Source: Narcine bancroftii (lineage: Eukaryota). Taken from it: 64,000 bases of DNA. Under the pieces are notes generated by a model, which worked only from the letters and a program-made list of their open reading frames with translations, was not told the origin of the DNA and searched no databases. The stretch is from NCBI RefSeq assembly GCF_036971445.1, contig NC_091478.1, forward strand, positions 99,572,001 to 99,636,000. The letters are read 5' to 3'. Below are positions 12,411 to 25,704 of this stretch, piece after piece (positions within the stretch are counted from its first letter, which is position 1; each line of letters begins with the position of its first letter). Position numbers and translations under genes: made by a program.

Positions 12411-12762
12411 ACCCAAACCATTTGACAAATGTGCCCAAGTTCTTTGAACATGAGAAGCACAGGGCAGATAAAGGGGATTCAGTTGATGTCATGCATTGGA
12501 GTTTGAGAAGGGATTTGGGAATGAGCTGTATCAAACACTGCTGCTCAGTATCTGGGCGCACAGAGTTGAGAATAAAACATTGACACTGTTATCAGAAAAC
12601 AGCACATTATGCTCAATGATAGACTTTCAGAACATCTACCAACAACAGTGGGAGCTATCACGATCAATTGTGCCCTCAGAAACATATAACATGTATTAAT
12701 GGTTGAATAATGTGGGAAATCCTGCTGGCTAACAAAAGTTGTGAGTAAGACTAATCATACTC

Positions 12763-13014
12763 TGTGATGAATCAACCACTACACTGGCCGCACTCCCACC
12801 AGCCTACTGCAGGGGGCAACCACTGTACCTGCAGGTAGGCAACCTCGGAGGCTGTCAATCACTGGCCCATATAAAGACTTGGGTCAGCCCCTTCGGGGAC
12901 AGTCAGACACATGGAGCCAGCAAAGATACTAAGACTGGTGCGTACAAGTTTAACCTAATTAAAGTCTGTTGTACAGTCTGTGGACTTTGCGTCAGAATTA
13001 TTCGCACAGCAACA
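12763..13014 (+). mobile_element. Solo LTR, family B copy 1
   Basis: tgtgatga...cagcaaca, TATAAA near 12870, ATTAAA near 12958; a second copy lies at 17358-17619. Confidence 0.75.
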
Positions 13015-13284
13015 CTTATACAGTCATGGTAGTCACATGCTAATATATTGGTTTTTTTATATCTTAATGGCAGTCACATTCGCATTTCCTTCTGTTTATA
13101 TTTTTTCATATCCCCTCTCAAATTTTTAATGACCTGACTTTTAAATTATTCACTTTACATTCTTATTTTGTTTCATTAGATACTCTATCAGCCCTGGCAG
13201 CTTCTGTGTGAGGCCTCTATCTTTCCCAATTGTGCAGTAAAGCCTGAGGAAATTCAGCACATCCCTGAGCTAGCACTAGAAAAA

Positions 13285-13643
13285 GTATGTTGTCTGGATG
13301 CCTCACAGCTTGGTTCAGGAACTGCTCTAGCCAAAATGGCAAGAAACTACAGAGAGTTGTGAAAGAGAAGAGACACAGTACCAGCACCATTAGGCTGAGG
13401 AACAGCCTCTTCCCACGGGCAGCGAGAATGCTGAACGACCAACAGAACTGCTCACACTAACCCTCCGAGATTCTCATTTGTACAAAATGATATTTATTTA
13501 TTCAGATAAAATAATTGTCCTGCATGTGCATTATTTATCTACATGTGTGTTATATCGGCATGTTGTACACTGAGGACTGGAGAACGCTGTTTCATCGGGT
13601 TGTACTTGTACAATCAAATGACAATAAACTTGATTTGACTTGA
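13285..13643 (+). mobile_element. Rex1/Babar 3' end
   Basis: aggctgaggaacagcctcttcccacgggc..tgacaataaacttgatttgacttga tail, shared with other copies in the window. Confidence 0.75.
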
Positions 13644-13664
13644 GAGCAGCTCAGGTCAACATGT

Positions 13665-14305
13665 AAACCATTTGGACCTTCAAACAGTCCTTCCAAGTGA
13701 AGCAACATTTCACTTGTAAATTTGCAGTGCTCCCATTGTGGTCTCCTTCTACATCAGAGAGACAGGACGCATACTGGGAGATGGCTTTGTTGAACACATT
13801 TGCTCTGTCCAATGTAATAGCTGGGACCTCCCTGTGGCAACCTATTTCATTTCCATGCCCCATTCCCATGCTGACATGCCCAGACCCCCCACCCCGATAG
13901 CATACTGAGACCACCCGCAAATTGGAGGAACACATCATATTTGGTCTGGGCAACTTCAAACAAGATGTCATTGATATCGACATTTCCGGTTCCCCCCCAT
14001 CCCCACCCTGCCTCTATTGTTCCCTATCCCTATTTCTCCTTTCCTCTTGCTTCGCCCTCTCTTTCACTATCCTACGGTCTCCTTTCTTCCAGCACTGTAT
14101 TCACAGAGCTCGCTCCCACCACTTTAATTCTTGGCTTTTTTTTTCTCTTGGCAACCAATGGCCTCCATCCTCCTCCCCCCCCCTTCCTTTTCTTTCCGGT
14201 GTCTGCCCTCTTTTTGTTCATACCGTGACGTCATTTACGTACCTCTGCCTCCTACGAATGCTGCGGGACCTGCTGAGTTTCTCCCGCAGTTTTGTGCATC
14301 AACAC
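13665..14305 (+). mobile_element. Penelope-like element 3' part (GIY-YIG endonuclease remnant plus pseudo-LTR)
   Basis: KQSFQVKQHFTC..GLLxxRETGRILGDGFVEHI..TRKLEEHIIFGLGNFKQDVIDID across frameshifts. Confidence 0.85.
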
Positions 14306-14639
14306 GCAAATCGACCTGCCCTCCGTGGATCGGGGAGAGCTGCTAACCTATCAAAGGATTCACCCTCTCTTCCACCAGCAGGTGCATGAGTTTAAAAGCA
14401 CAAGGACAGATACAAGCACAGTTTCTTTCCAGCTGTACTCAGGCCTCATCCATGCTGTCCTTGTCCCTTCTTAAATGACATTTTTTTCTCTCTCTGCTCC
14501 ACCATCCTCTGTTGTCCTTAAGGTTATCTGTTGTACTATGTTCATTTGCCTGGATAGCACGTAAAATAACATTTTTCTGGTGCCTCTGTCTGGAGGCATC
14601 CGATAATAAATTATTTGATTCAATTTAAGCAGAGAATTT

Positions 14640-14740
14640 TACACTGGGGAGACTGAATGCAGAGAGGGGGGGATTATCTTGTTGAGCAGCTTTGCTCCAT
14701 TTTCTGAAACAGCAAGGACCCTCCCAGTGGCCAACTATTT
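14640..14740 (+). repeat. Inverted copy of 16887-16987
   Basis: Manual alignment gives 97 of 101 positions complementary. Confidence 0.9.
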
Positions 14741-14814
14741 CACAAGGGAAAATCACTGAAGAATCAATGAGTTAGTATGGGTAACACTGTCACTTCCAAG
14801 CTGTAAGTTTATAG

Positions 14815-15105
14815 ACTTCAGAATCTGAATTTAAAAATTTAACAAGTCATGAAATTTGGCGTTTTGTAGCAGCGTCAGAAAGCAAACATTCGTATTATAA
14901 CCATCTTACTTCATTACTATATAAAAAACCAATAGAGCATGAAAAGTTAGGCCGTGTCTTTGGTTCATCGATTACTCAGAAATCTGGAGGAAGTGGGGAA
15001 GAAGCTGTCCTTGTCCTGTCAGGCTCCTGTTCCTTTTCCCCGATGGTAGCAGAGTGAAGAGGGCAGAGCCTGGGTGGTGGGGGTCTTTGAGGATAGAGCT
15101 TGTGC
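14815..15105 (-). mobile_element. Rex1/Babar 3' end
   Basis: SSILKDPHHPGSALFTLLPSGKR in ORF 14972-15172; (ttcaga)-type tail. Confidence 0.8.
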
Positions 15106-15191
15106 AGCATCGAGTGTTGCACTGCCCTTCAGCAGAAATGTTGCTGGGAGGCTCTCTCATTTGTAGATGCACACCATTTCAAAGAGCAGAG

Positions 15192-15915
15192 TTAATTCCC
15201 GATGAGCAAGGAAGTGAGTGGCCACAAAGCCATCTCCGCTCCCTGCACCTTTCTCCTCGACTCTTCTTCATGGGCCCTCTGCATTTCCAATCGAAGGCAC
15301 TCCCTCTCCTCATCCTCAGTAGCAAGTCCTTTATTTCCAAGGTCACCACCTGGGCTTTTGTTGGTTTCTGCCTTTTCTGCAGTGGCAGGATGTCCTGGAG
15401 AACAATCGAACAATAGAGTGGGCAAGCACACCCCCGAAAACAGATGACAAAAAATATTAATCACGGAAAATAAGTTTTTACCTGGATGATCATGAGGCGC
15501 AGGTTCACCGTTTTTATTTCTGGCGTCTGTGTCCATGCCGCTAGGGGCTCCGGAATCAGCACTGCTGCCGGAGATGGGAGGCACAGCTAAAATGGTCTCA
15601 GGGGAAGGTGGGTTCCCCATGTTGCTCAGAAGAGCAGCCAGGTTTACAGAGTGGCTTGTGCCCCACATGGAATATGGCCAGACCAAATGCCCTCAACCAC
15701 TCCTGCATTATGGTTGTAAACTGATGGCATTTTTTTTTTTCGCAAGCTCTTCAATTTGCTTGTTCCCTGCACCTTGTCCCAAGCAAAGCCATGGTCCCTA
15801 AGGTGCTGTGCCAGCCTTTCTAATATCTGGCCATCCTTTACCGTCCCGGTTATATGTGCTCTGCTCGGAGGGTAAGAAGCTCCTGGACCTCTTTGTCTCC
15901 CCAATTCACAGACAT
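15192..15915 (-). pseudogene. Myb/SANT-like (trihelix, Myb_DNA-bind_4 type) DNA-binding protein gene of a PIF/Harbinger transposon; frameshifted, two exons
   Basis: Joined frames read MSVNWGDKEVQELLTLRAE / HITGTVKDGQILERLAQHLRDHGFAWDKVQGTSKLKSLRKK / NHN..RSG..WPY..WGTSHS, followed by a GT-AG intron at 15395-15481 and a charged coiled-coil-like tail. Confidence 0.8.
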
Positions 15916-16177
15916 CAGTTAGAAGCTGACCTGCTTTTAATCTTTTTAATTTCCCACTGATGTCATGTCATCAAAACATCACATTCTTTTCCCGTCCTGG
16001 TCCCTGGCTGCCGGATCTCCCTATTTACACAGATTTCGATTTGGTGCTGTGTCTACCTCTGCTCCCATCTTAAATGTGGGACAGCAATAACCACCCCCAT
16101 TCTATGTTTGAACCTTTTACACAGAAGGCGTAACACAATAAAGGCATAATATTCCCTTATTGAAGTGGAAAAGGGAT
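15916..16177. mobile_element. Probable Harbinger subterminal region and decayed TIR
   Basis: Repeated tttacacag (about 16024 and 16116); tgaagtggaaaagggat resembles the MITE TIR tgccagtgaaaaggggct at 2702-2719. Confidence 0.45.
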
Positions 16178-16374
16178 TTTTATTTCACATGGAGGACAAC
16201 CTATTATCAATTTATCCAGAAAGCTTTCAAGTATTGATATAATGCTTTTCAAAAATAAGGGCTTGATACAATGGTCTTTCACAGCAGCCTTGAGAGGGCA
16301 ACTTGTATAATGTGACTGTATTGAGCATCGGTGAAGTAATCTCATTAAGAAGTGGTGGTGTTAAGCGAAGAAGT

Positions 16375-17090
16375 TAAGCAATAAAATCTGTAGATGCTGG
16401 GGTCTAGTGCAATACACAGAAGGGCTGGTGAAACTCAGCAGGACGCTCAGTATCGGGGGGGAAGTAAAAGGCTGAGCCCTTCATCAGGCATCAGGGAAAG
16501 CAGCGGAAATGGGGAGGGGGAGGAAGAGAGGAGACGAGGGAGCAAGGGGAAAGGCTAACAGGTCAGATGTTTTCATTTAATATAGGTGGGAGGAGAGGAG
16601 AAAGAAACTGAGAAGTGATGGGGAGAGGACAGAGGGGTGAGAAGGGTAGCTCTTTGATAGAAGGAAGGGGAGGGAAGCTGGAGGAAAGAAAACAGGGGGA
16701 TAGGGAAAATGAGAGACCAAGAGAGCTAAGTGAATGAACAATGACTTCTTCTTGTTCAGGCTGTTTGGTTGGAGAATGCCGTGACGGGATTATAAGGTGT
16801 GGTACCTCCAATTTGTGAGTGGCCTTGATTTCACAGTTCCCTGTATAGGATGCCATGAACAAAATGTGGCATAAGGTGAGGAATTAAAATGGTTGGCCAC
16901 TGGGAGGGTCCTTGCTGTTTCAGAAAATGGAGCAAAGCTGCTCAACATGATAATCCCCCCCTCTCTGCGTTCAGGCTCCCCAGTGTAGAGGAGGCCGCAT
17001 CAGCAAAATCAGAAGCAAAACTGAAGTGTTGCTTCACTTGAAAGGACTGCTTGGGCCCCAATTAGTGGTGAAGGAGGAGGTCTGGGTGTA
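16375..17090 (-). mobile_element. Penelope-like element fragment
   Basis: tctgtagatgctgg..gctgagcccttcatcagg pseudo-LTR, purine tract, and GIY-YIG remnant (tgttgcttcacttgaaaggactgcttgggccc). Confidence 0.8.
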
Positions 17091-17357
17091 AGTGCTGTCT
17101 GTGATTCCCAGGGGGTCTAAAATGTTTTTGTAATGGATGGGTGTCAATCATGAGTGATGAGTACAAGATTTTATTGCAGAAGAAGAAATGCTTTAAGGAA
17201 AAAACAGGAAACTTATTTGAAAAGAAAAGACTGTTAGTCTTTCGATTACTTGATTGCTGTGTATTTGGTTTTCCAATGAAGACACTGCTCTTACTTTACT
17301 ATCCCTTTAAAGTAGCCATGACAGCCAATGTGCCATACTTTGGGAATTGGTGTGAGC

Positions 17358-17619
17358 ACTACTGTGCGAAGAATTCAGACACAAAGTCCATAGACTATTC
17401 AACAGGCTTTAATTAGCTTAAACTTGTACTCACCAGGTCTCAGTACACTCCTGGCTCCACTGTTCCCAAAGGGGCCAGTTTGAGTCTTTATACGGGCTGG
17501 TGATCGACAGCCGGCAGGTGGGGCCACCCACCCAGGTTGCCTACCTGCAGGTACAGTGGTTGCCCCCTGCAGTAGGCCGGTAGGAGTGCGGCCAGTGTAG
17601 TGGTTGTATCTGGATAATA
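17358..17619 (-). mobile_element. Solo LTR, family B copy 2
   Basis: Reverse complement matches 12763-13014 (acaaccactacactggccgcactcc..ctgcagggggcaaccactgtacctgcaggtaggcaacct). Confidence 0.75.
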
Positions 17620-18109
17620 TTTTGCTTGTAATTTTTTTTTACAGATTAATAAACCAGAAACAAAGATTAAAAGCACTTTCTGTGAAGTAAACAGAATATT
17701 ATTGTTCAATTGTGGATTTAAAAAGAAGTGATAGATCACCTCAAGTTACAGGTCAAGATTGAGAAGCAAAACTGTTGGATGCAATGTCCTGGAAAGTATA
17801 CATTACATTGACAGTCCCACAATTTTGGAGAAAGAAAGAAATGTTTTTTTTTCTTTCTCACTTATTTTTATTGAAATTGAAATTCCACATCAAAAAATAC
17901 AGAGTACATAAAAATACATATTAAAAGTTTTACAAAACCTTACATTTAGATCATACTATTTCATTCAAGGTACCTCACATTCTTAATCAAACAAATTATA
18001 TTATAGTAATATTTTATTATAAAAAAAAGAAATGTTTAAAAGAAAGCTTTGCATTTCTAAGGCAACCTTTAGTGAATAAGGATATTATCCTTGCAGTTGA
18101 AGAGAAATG

Positions 18110-18390
18110 TTTTAAACAAAGAGAAGTTGGAGGGACTCAGTGGGTCAGTTCACATCTATTGAATTCCTCAGTCAATGTCTGGGTTCAGGACCTTTTTTTG
18201 GGACTGAATCTTGATTGAAGGATCCCAACTTGAATTATTGACGGACCATTACCATCGAATCTTGATAAAAGGTTCCCGATCTAAAATGCTGACTGACGGT
18301 CTCTCTCGGTGGATACTGCCTGACATGTTGATCCCTTCCAGCTTCACTCTGTTCACTCAAAATTCCAGTATCTTCATTTTCTGCGCTTCT
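18110..18390. mobile_element. Fold-back element made of inverted Penelope pseudo-LTR halves, decayed
   Basis: agaagttggagggactcag ... gatcccttccagcttc arms, with two tandem cttgat..aagg..aaatgctgac remnants. Confidence 0.55.
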
Positions 18391-18756
18391 TCAGAATTGT
18401 TATGAAGTTCACTCACTGATGGCTTTCCTAACACTGGATGCATCTTCATGTCAATTTTCTTAGTACCCTCTATGAGGGCACAGATCCCATCAATCTAGTT
18501 TAACTATGAACAAAGAACCTTACAGCACAGTTCAGGCCCCTCAACCCCCGATGCTGTGCTGTGAAACTTACTCCACAACAATCTAATTTTTCCCAACCTC
18601 ACAACCACAACTCTATTTTATTTACATTCATGTGCCACCTCCCCAAAACAACAAGACTGTATAAAGCATAGATCACTCTACATAAAAATGGAGCAGGTTC
18701 TCAATGAAAGAAGACATCCATGATATAATTCACCATTTCCTTCAGTTCACCAGCAA

Positions 18757-18930
18757 NNNNNNNNNNNNNNNNNNNNNNNNNNNNNNNNNNNNNNNNNNNN
18801 NNNNNNNNNNNNNNNNNNNNNNNNNNNNNNNNNNNNNNNNNNNNNNNNNNNNNNNNNNNNNNNNNNNNNNNNNNNNNNNNNNNNNNNNNNNNNNNNNNNN
18901 NNNNNNNNNNNNNNNNNNNNNNNNNNNNNN
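18757..18930. other. Assembly gap (N run)
   Basis: Run of N. Confidence 1.
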
Positions 18931-20024
18931 TATACTATACCTGTAGACACACACAAAGGAGAAAGATGAGATGAGTTGAAATGAGATGAGAGTTTTATTG
19001 TCATTCCATATGTAGAGATGCATCAAAATTCTTACTTGCTGAAGTCCCACAGTTCCATTCATTTTCAGCGTGGATACCTGATCAACTTACCACCTTCCAA
19101 TCATCTTTAAACTATTGTCCTTGCAGTATAACCATTGTTTTACTGAGCCAAAAGAGAATAATTTAAGGGTCAGTGTAGAGTATAAAATGAATAGCATTAG
19201 AGGAAGAGGGAGTTTGGAGGAGGATGATATGGGCATAAATGCTAACCTTTGTCACTTGGATAGCTTGCTTTTCTATTATTGATTTTCCAAACGAACACTA
19301 CCTCCTTTCGCACCTTGCTTCAACTTGAAGCAGCAGCAGAATTTGATCCAATGTAGGTTTAGGTGTGTATTTGAAAATAAAAACAAGCCTGCATTTTATT
19401 CCACCTTCCAATGTACTTTTGCAATCCCTCTATGAAATCTTCACACACTGAGCTGTCAAAAGAAAATGGATGAGGCATAGACACGGGGGTTCTTGTATCT
19501 GATGAGTGAAGGCTAATACAAACACAAAGCAATCCGTTATTTTAACATAGACAAATCCTACGTCTAAACAGTTTCTCTTGCCACTGGGAGAAAAATAACA
19601 GAATATTATTTAATTTTGAATAGAAAATGAACCATGTCTTTAAAAATATATTAAAAGTCACCCTGAAGGCCAGGGCACAAATTTAACAACTAGTAAACCA
19701 TTTTGTTCTTCTTACTTCACAACAATTCGAGCAGTTAGAGACTATATATCGAAACATAAATTATTCAAGTTAGATGGTCTATTAATAATAAATGCAATGG
19801 AACTCAAAAAAATCAGCTGAAATTGTTACATTGTAAAATACAATTTGCCAATCTTTTCCATACTAAACCTCCAATATTGAAAATTTTTAGAAATGATTTA
19901 GATTGCTTCAGGAACAAATTAATATTCTTGGTATATGGATATTTATTCAATGCCACCTCTAATTGCCCACCTCCAGCCATTCTATGGAAAAAAAAAGGCA
20001 GTGTTCTCAGATAGAGGTAGTTAA

Positions 20025-21125
20025 GTTGATCCCATTGGTGGGGGAGACCAGAACTAGGGGACATAGCCTCAAGATCTAGGGGAGTAGATTTAGGACTAAG
20101 ATGAGGAGGAACTGCTTTCCTCCATGGGCAGTGAATCTGAGGAATTTGCTGCCCATTGAAGGAGTGGAAGCTATCTCAGTGAATATATTTAAGACAAGTT
20201 TGGATGGAATTTTACAAAATAAGGGAATTAAGGAATATGGGTAAAAAGCAGGTAAGTGGAGATGAGCCTCTCTTTAGAACAGCCATTGAATAGTGGAGTA
20301 GTCTCCACAGGTCAGACGGCCTTCTAAAACATCTGTTTCTTATGTTCTTGAACTGTTGGCGTCTGCATAGTTGACACCATTCCAAAGATCCTTCAAGATC
20401 TCCAGGAATGATGGAGTGCCAGAGTGTTTCCATGTCAGGAACATGTGTCATTTGGAAAGGAACGGCTTTTCAAAACTGTTCTGGAACCTGAGGGTATATT
20501 TTCACAGTAAAATAGCCAAGATGGTATATATAGTAAGCTCTTCCTCCAATTTTCAGGTGACCTCAACTTGCCAATACATGAGGCCCTAGACGGACATGTC
20601 AAAGAAGTAATGGTGTATGGAATTGAAGTGGCTGGCCACTGGGAGGTCCTTAAATGCAATGCCAGGTGAAATGGTGGAAGCAGATACAATAGCAACATTT
20701 CAGAGGCAATTAGTGAGGCACATGAATGGGCAGGGAATGAAGGGAAAGAGGACACTGTCAGGATCAGTCTATCTTGACATGAAGGTCAGAACAGATAAGG
20801 TTGACCTGAAAATCTTCTTCCTGTGTTGTATTGTTCTGTGTTCCATTTAATTAAAGGGACATCCATTTAAGAGCAAGTTGAGGAGACATCTCTGATTTCA
20901 GAAGGTTGTGAATCTTTATGATACTCTACCTCAGGAAGATATACAGCCTGATTAATTGTGACTATTTATGACATAGAGAGTGCAGTGTTTTGGAGGAGTA
21001 AAAAACTATGAAGAATATGCATGAGGGATATGATCAAATCAGCCATGATCTTATTGAGTGGCAAGAATAGGCTTGAAGGTCTAATTGACTTCCATTTGTT
21101 TTTTTTTTAAATTTCTTATGTTCTC
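20025..21125 (+). mobile_element. Cluster of three decayed CR1 3' ends plus a Penelope scrap
   Basis: gaactaggggacatagcctcaagat..ttcttatgttctt at 20025-20350; similar tails end near 20825 and 21125. Confidence 0.7.
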
Positions 21126-21734
21126 ATGCGTCTTCTCATTTAGAAACATTGTGGTTTTGAAAATGCTGTTTAAAGCCATGTCAATTTATTATGCTGTCAG
21201 TGTTCATGCAGTAACCATGGTGAACTAGAGATGGGAGACCAGATCAGTTGGGAGCACTTTACAGGGTGAAATTCCATTTGGACATGTGGCCTGGATACTA
21301 GAGGCAAGGGTGGCATGTAATGCTTACCATAATTGCCCAGGCCACGGAGAAGATATTAGCAGAGAACAGCTGGGAAGGAAGTTACACAATTTTGATACTG
21401 TGATAATAAAAAGAAAATCAGTCAAGCTCCAAACTTGGATAGTAATTAGGGATAGGGGAGGGAGAGTTATGCTTCTTGAGTCATTGAATCAACACCCAAC
21501 CAGGCAAATGTTTTCAATCCTGTAATAGCAGAGTTTGGGAGTATTTTGGAGTGTGGGCTGATTGGTCTCAGCAAGCCCACATATTTTGTTTCTTGTCAGT
21601 AACGGTCACTTCTAATATTTGCCATGCACCATCTGAAATCAACCAATGAAAATGTATTTGCAGCAACCCTGCCCATTTATCATTGTTCTTGCTTTCAGAT
21701 GGACAATGGGCTAAGCCTAAAGTTGCAGAAATGC

Positions 21735-22275
21735 AAGTTGTTGAGTTGTTGCCTCTCAGACCAGAGACCCGGGTTCAATCCTAACCTCGGGAGCTGTCTG
21801 TGTTGAGTATTCTCCCTGTGACCAAGCGGGTTTCCTCTGGATAAATGGGTTTCCTCCCTCATTGAAACATAAACAGGCTCTTCAGCCCATCTAGCCTATC
21901 CCAGCCTATTACTCTGCCTTGTCCCATTGACCTTCAACCAGATCATACCCCTCCCACCCATGTACCTATCCTAATTTTTCTTAAATGTCAAAATTAAGCT
22001 CTTCAGCTAGCTGTCATTCCACACTTTCAGCACTGTTCCTGTTTGAAGAAGTTCCTCCCTAATGTTCCCTTAAAAATTTTCTCTTTCACCTCATCTAAAG
22101 CATATGTTGCGTGATTGGTCAATTGGCCACCGTAAGTAGCCTCTGGTGAGCCGCTGATTGGTGGACTCTGGATGGAGCTGATGGGAATGTGGGGTGAATG
22201 AAACAAAATCAGTGTGTGATTGGATGATTAGTGGTTGGCCCATACTCAATGGGATGAAAGCTTGCTTCCACACTC
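21735..22275 (+). mobile_element. HE1-like SINE split by an antisense CR1 tail (about 21865-22100)
   Basis: B box gacccgggttcaatcctaacctcggg; the body resumes at ctaaagcatatgttg..ggtcaattggccac. Confidence 0.7.
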
Positions 22276-24922
22276 TTACCTCTCTCTCTCAATGACTGAC
22301 TCAATTACCAACAAACAGCCCTTAGTTCATTTCAAGTAAGAAACCAAGGGGAAGTGAAATGTTAAAATTGTCTGTATCAAGTAAGAATTATTGTACAAGG
22401 GTTTGATAGAGTGGGTGCTGTGAGGATGTTTCCCCTCCTCAGAGGACAAGTGGACACTGTTCCATTCAAAACAGATGAAGGGGAGTTTTCTCTCTCATCT
22501 TTGGAAGAGAGAGAAAGAGAGGGGGACGAGTGAGACAGAGGGGGGGGCGGAGAAAGAGGGAGAGAGAGAGAACTGAAATTCTTTCTGTTTGAACAAAATG
22601 AGAGAAAAAAAAATATTTAAATACGGGCATGCAGCACTGTTACGGACCCTTCCAACCCACAAGTCAGTTCCACCCAAATCCCCCAATTAACCTACAACCC
22701 ACGTAGGTTTTGAAAGGTGGCGCTGTAACAGCATTTCACAACTGCTACTCTAACCATTCATAGATAATAAATATAAAAGGACAAATAAATTGTCACAGCG
22801 GCAGTTATTGGAGAAAAAAAAATGATGTTCCAATGGTGCATAGATCTCTGGTCCTTAAGGAGTGTTTTTCTGAATTCTGTCAATTTTTGAACACTAAGAG
22901 TTGTCTGAAGGTAAAGTGAATGAATGTATTCAATGCAGAGGCACGTGAGTAAATAAACTTTGATCCCATGAAGAGACATAACCCACATGGCAATGGGCCA
23001 AGAACTTGGAGATGGCCTAAAGTCCGATTCTCAGCACAAAAAGTTGAATGACCTTCTTTCCAACCGTAAGTTTCAATAATCTGTTTGATTCCAATAGATT
23101 TTAATGCCAATGGAATCACAGACAGGAAAGGTGTTGGGGCATGATTGGATTGATCATGGCCTTATTGAATCTCAGCTTCTCTTTCTTTTGAAATTATTAT
23201 CCCCACCCAGAGTGAAGATAATTATAATTAGGTAGCATCCTATCAATATCTGGATTGATTTTGCTTACAAAATAAATATTATGCAATAGCCCACTTCTTG
23301 CTCGATTTTGTTGTGTTATCAAAGATGTTGCTGTTGTTCTATTTCCTCAGGACCATTCTAGATATAATCTGGAGACTACTTGCAGTGTTAGCTCATCAAT
23401 CTTATTGGGCTTATATTGCTTTGAAGTGGTTCAATTGCCCCTGGTCCATCTATGATCCATAATCTTTTCTCTGTTGACCCTTTGATGTCAATAGATATGG
23501 TGTTGTATAATTGATGAAAATATTTGCCTGGCATTTCAGCATATATGGAGCAAGAGAGAACTCAACTCTGCAAATTCCTAATTTGCTCAATGTCGGGCAA
23601 AGAATGGTCTCTGTTAGTTGCAGTGAAAAATGTTGAAGGGGAAAGTAAATGTCCCCAGTGCATTCTTTCCCTCTTAGATGTCATAAACTTCAGGACAGGA
23701 ATATAATTAAACCAAGATTCATTCTATTTAAATTGCAACTAATCCAAAGAAAAGCAAAATAGATATTATCCAACCTGGCTATTGCCAGGGGAAAATTCCA
23801 AAGCGATGTAGTATTAAAGTTGTTCAAGTCTTGATATCTGTTGGATAATAGCTTCTTCAGAGCAGACACTTTCCCTGAAGCAATAGAGAGATTTGGAATA
23901 TGTGGGGCTATTCATCAATACTTCATGTCAAAGCAGACTGAAGGTACTGAAACAAGATAATAAGCTGGATAGAAGAAGCTCCTTCAGCCAATTTGATTCC
24001 TAAAATTCTAATCCCATCAGTTTCCCTTTGCGGCATGAAGACATTTGTCAAATGTATCCCATTTATTATGTCAGTCAACACAATAGTGGTTACTGCCCTT
24101 CCACAACCAGTATGTTCTCAGAACCTTCAAATATGCCAACCCCATATCTTCATTCAGTGGCTCTGTTTCTCTGGCTCCCTTTCCTCCTATAAGATCTTCC
24201 TGAAGACCCTACTGATCCAATGAAGCTCATTGGAAGCTTAAAGGGTGACTCTCACTTTCTCATTGATCACATTCAAGACTTATGGTCTCAATATAGATGT
24301 TAATCATTACATATATTTGGCATTTACAGCTTCTACATTTCACATTTGAAGTAATACGTGTTTATGATATAATAATTTCAGATAATTAATCATCATTTTT
24401 ATTAGAACTCCTCCAGGATGACCTGCTCTCCTTAGTCAATCTCTTTAGCTCTTTCCTTCAACTTTCTCCATTACTTTAAGTCATCCAGCCTCTCCAGCCT
24501 CCCACCTCTTCATCGTTTTCCTTACCAATTCTTTTCTTCTCCCTCGGAATCTTCTTTTTGTCTCATGAAACATTAGTGATCTGGGACATGGTAATTTTTT
24601 GCATCTAAGTAAATACCTGGCCAATCTGATGAATACCTTCAACATTTTTTTCCAGCTTTCTGGCATCTGCAGTATTTTACCTTATTGGCCCACAAAATCC
24701 CAATTTTTTTTTCCAATAATTTAGGGGCTATCTGATTATTTATATATTGCATAATTTAGCTGGACATAACACACAAAAGTCTTGGAGGAACTCAAGGGTT
24801 CATGCAGCATCCATAGAAAACAATCGGCAGTCAACATATCAAGCTGGAATCCTTCCACAAAAATGCCTAAAATCAGGCAAATCCATAGAAAAGAAGATGG
24901 GGGATGGTGGTGCTGGCGTGAA

Positions 24923-25060
24923 GGAGATGAGTACAAGATTTCAGGTGATAAGGACCTCCATTAAATATCTATTTTTATATGGCCAAGAATCTTTGGAAAG
25001 CAAAAACAATGCTCAAAATTCTCACGTCGGGCAGCCTCTGTGGAGAGAGAAAAACCGTTG
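24923..25060 (+). repeat. Left arm of a 138-bp inverted duplication
   Basis: 137 of 138 positions complementary to 25705-25842; the same peptide appears in ORFs on both strands. Confidence 0.95.
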
Positions 25061-25704
25061 ATATTTCCAGCCAATAATTTTTCATCAGAAGTGGAAAGCA
25101 TGCAGCATATTTGCAGAGAGGGTTAGGGGGGGAGAGAATGTCTGTGATAGAGAGGAAATCAAGAGAGCTTTGCAAACTCAGTGAGGGACCTCTATCACCC
25201 TGCAAACTGTATCTTTCAGCTATTCTCATCAGGAAAGAAATGCAGGATTATCACAAAGGAAGAAGCTACAGGCTGAGAAACAGCTTCTTCCCACAGGCAG
25301 TGAGACTTCTGAGTGATATATGAACTGCTCATACATATCCTTTGTGACTCAATTCTTTATTTAATAATAATATTTATTTATTTTAATATTTGGGCATTTG
25401 CATCACTTGTCTGTATTTGTGTCATGTATACTAGTGCAGATGTTCAATATTATAATGGAGAATGATAGATAGGCTCACCACTCATAGAAGGATTGAAAGC
25501 AAAATGAAAAATAGTTGACAATGCATCTGGATTGAGAGGAAGAACTTTTTTTTCCCCTTGATTTGACCAGAATATTTTTCTGTGATTTGTTCCATTCGAA
25601 TGAGAAATTATTTAAAAATCGTTCTTACGTGTATGAATAATTTTAAAGTCTATGGGAGGGCAATTGCAGGAGTAGGACTATGTGGATAACCCTTGTGAGT
25701 TGCC

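Noticed and set aside
15192-15686. The 164-aa ORF as an intact host gene
   Set aside because: It reads through an in-frame intron and is the downstream part of a frameshifted transposon Myb/SANT gene.
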